Shown piece by piece: positions 61,480 through 64,000 of a stretch of DNA of 64,000 nt (the first letter of the stretch is position 1; the number at the start of each line of letters is the position of its first letter). The translations under genes were made by a program, and so were the position numbers. The DNA is from Mustelus asterias (lineage: Eukaryota): positions 62,001 to 126,000 of the forward strand of contig NW_027590357.1 of the NCBI RefSeq assembly GCF_964213995.1. The letters are read 5' to 3'. The notes beneath the pieces were generated by a model. The model did no database searches, had not been told where the DNA came from, and was given only the letters and a program-made list of their open reading frames with translations.

Positions 61480-64000
61480 GAGGAAGGAAATGGAGAGAAA
61501 AGCAGAGAGAAATAGACAGAATGGGGGAAAAGCTGTGGAGAGGATGAAATGAAAATCTGAACATCTGTAAACTGAATTGTAAAGGTCTCTGTGAATTTTA
61601 TTCAACAATTAGGTTCATTGCTCTGTCTCCGACCCCTGTTATTTTAGATTTGAAGCAAACTTATAGACAGTTTCATACATAATTTACTCTGCCACCCACC
61701 AATGGGTTAACGTGTTTGTGACTAATTGCAAAGCCGGGATATTTTAACCCCAGGGTTTCAAACTCCAGCCCCCCACACCCCACAATCGAACCAGGACTGG
61801 TTCATCCGAGGAAGCGAGATTAAAATTAAACCTGGATCAGGGTAATAAAGAGACGACAACTCACATGCTGCCTATAGAACAGGCTTCAGTCCATCCATCC
61901 TCCTCTGGAGAAAAGCCCCTTGTCCAAGGATTCCGAGTCCCGTTGCAGTCTTCAAAATTCAAATTCCTGGGGAGAAGAGAGAGAGAAAATAATTAATTAA
62001 AATACAAGAAAATGTGTAAATTAAATAGCACAAGAGGCCAGGATTCCCCTTTCTCAGTTACACAATCTCTCAGTAAAATCTAAATATTAATTCTTGGGGA
62101 AAAGGGAGAGAAAATAATTAAAGTACCAGAAAATATTTAAATTAAATAGCACAAGAGCCCAGGATTCCCCTTCTCAGATTTTACTGAGAGATTGTCTAAC
62201 TAGATATGAATTCTTGGGGAAAAGAGAGAGAAAATTAATTAAATACAAGAAACCATTTCAATTAAATCTCACCGAAACACAGGATTCCCCCTTCTCAGTT
62301 ACACAATCTCTCAGAAACATCAGAATGGCATGAACAGAGAGAGAGAAATCTACAAACAGAATCTCCGAAAACTGAATCAAATATCCACAACCCCCCAGTC
62401 CATCCCTGTCTCCCTCTCAGACTCCAGGAGCTGCTCATCTCCCTCTTTCAGTTTGGGAAGGGGCTGCTGATTCCTTCGGGACACTTTTTAAAATCGCCCT
62501 CCCAGGATTGATTTCTACAACTCCCTCCATCTCCCTTTCACTATCTCCCTCTCTTTTCTCCCTCTGCTCCTGTCTCTCTCACTCAGTGTAAAGATGGATG
62601 TTCCTGTCTAGATCCTTGTCCCTGTCCCCTCTCTTTCTCACTCGTTGTCTCTGCCCATAGCTGTTTCTTTCCCTCTCTCTCATGTACTCTGCATTGAAAT
62701 GAGCGAAGCCATATTCCTGTCTCCCTGTTTACAATAACACAGTTTTTGTTGATTAAAGGTTTAAAGAGACACAAAGGAAGATGGAGCCAGAGAGAGAGAG
62801 AGATATTCTGGAGAGTGCTGGACAGATATGGAAGAATGCTCGAGAGAGAGAGACATTCTGGAGAGTGATGGACAGATATGGAAGAATGCTCGAGAGAGAG
62901 AGAGAGACATTCTGGAGAGTGATGGACAGATATGGAAGAATGCTCGAGAGAGAGACATTCTGGAGAGTGATGGACAGATATGGAAGAACGCTCAAGAGGG
63001 AGAGAGAGACATTCTGGTGAGTGATGGACAGATATGGAAGAATGCTCGAGAGGGAGAGAGAGACATTCTGGTGAGTGATGGACAGATATGGAAGAATGCT
63101 CGAGAGGGAGAGATGAATGGAAAGAAACAGGAAGGGAGAGAAAGCTGAAGATAGGGGAAAAATACTGGAGAGAGAGACAGAGAGAAATAGAATGGGGAAG
63201 AAAGCTGTAGAGGGGAAGATAAATGTAAAGGCTGAACTTCAGAAAATTGAATTGTAATGTCCTCTGTGAATCTTATTTAACATTCGGGAATCACTCTCTC
63301 CCACCCCTGTTATTTTGGATTTGCATCAAACTTTTAGACAGCTTCATATTACAGATATTTAATTTACTCTCTGCCACCCAGCAAAGGGTTAACCTGTTTG
63401 TGACTCATTGCAAAGCCAGGATATTTTAACCCCAGGGTTTTAAACTCCACCCCACCCCATCCCACAATCGAACCAGAACTGGTTCGTCCAAGAAAGCGAG
63501 ATTAAAATTAAACCTGGATCAGGATAATAAAGAGATAACAACTCACTTGCAGCCTATAGAACAGGCCTCAGTCCATCCATCCTCCTCTGGAGAAAAGCCC
63601 CTTGTCCAAGGATTCTGAGTCACATTGCAGTCTTCAAAATTCAAATTCCTGGGGAGAAGAGAAAATAATTAATTAAAGTACAAGAAAATGTTTAAATTAA
63701 ATAGCACAAGAGCCCAGGATTCCCCCTTCTAAGATTTCACTGAGAGATTGTCTAACTAAATATGAATTCCTTGGGAAGAGATAGAATATAATTAATTTAA
63801 ATACAAGAAAATGTTTAAATTTAATCCACAAGAGCCCAGGATTCCCCTTTCTCAGTTACACAATCTCTCAGTAAAATCTAAATATTAATTCTTGGGTAAA
63901 AGAGAGAGAAATATATTAAAATACCAGAAAATGTTTAAATTAAATCGCGCAAGAGCCCAGGATTCCCCTTTCTCAGATTTTACTGAGAGATTGTCCAACA
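61480..64000. repeat. ~1.68-kb tandem duplication with ~120-bp subrepeats and an exon-like cassette per unit
   Basis: 61865-61966 matches 63547-63648; aaatagcacaagagcccaggattcccc recurs about every 120 bp. Confidence 0.9.
62795..63112. repeat. ~46-52-bp minisatellite (about 6 copies)
   Basis: (ga)n-cattctggagagtgatggacagatatggaagaatgctc. Confidence 0.93.

Overview
Vertebrate genomic DNA, almost certainly from a cartilaginous fish (shark). This is inferred from the IgM-type V/CH1 sequences, the one-V/two-D/one-J cluster layout, and HE1/V-SINE-type and CR1-type repeats. The main feature is a minus-strand, unrearranged immunoglobulin heavy-chain (IgM-type) mini-cluster: V (43616-43920), D1, D2 and J, each with recognisable RSSs (23 / 12-22 / 12-12 / 23), a ~9.9 kb J-C intron and an intact CH1 exon (32191-32490). 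I find no leader exon and no CH2-CH4/secretory/TM exons, so it looks like an orphaned fragment. It lies between two direct copies of a 10-13 kb segmental duplication (20.5-30.7 kb and 47.4-60.9 kb). The left part holds a truncated C2H2 zinc-finger exon whose ORF ends inside a Penelope-type terminal repeat with an apparently intact minimal hammerhead-ribozyme core. It also holds a CpG promoter with tandem YY1/RFX-like motifs, two head-to-tail Tx1-clade retrotransposon fragments and a 52-bp minisatellite with higher-order structure. A plus-strand TATA promoter with two exon-like segments sits at 45.8-46.1 kb, and a repeated minus-strand exon cassette occurs at 30.9, 61.9 and 63.6 kb. Most long ORFs in the track are low-complexity or N-gap artefacts. 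Four N-runs limit confidence in long-range contiguity.
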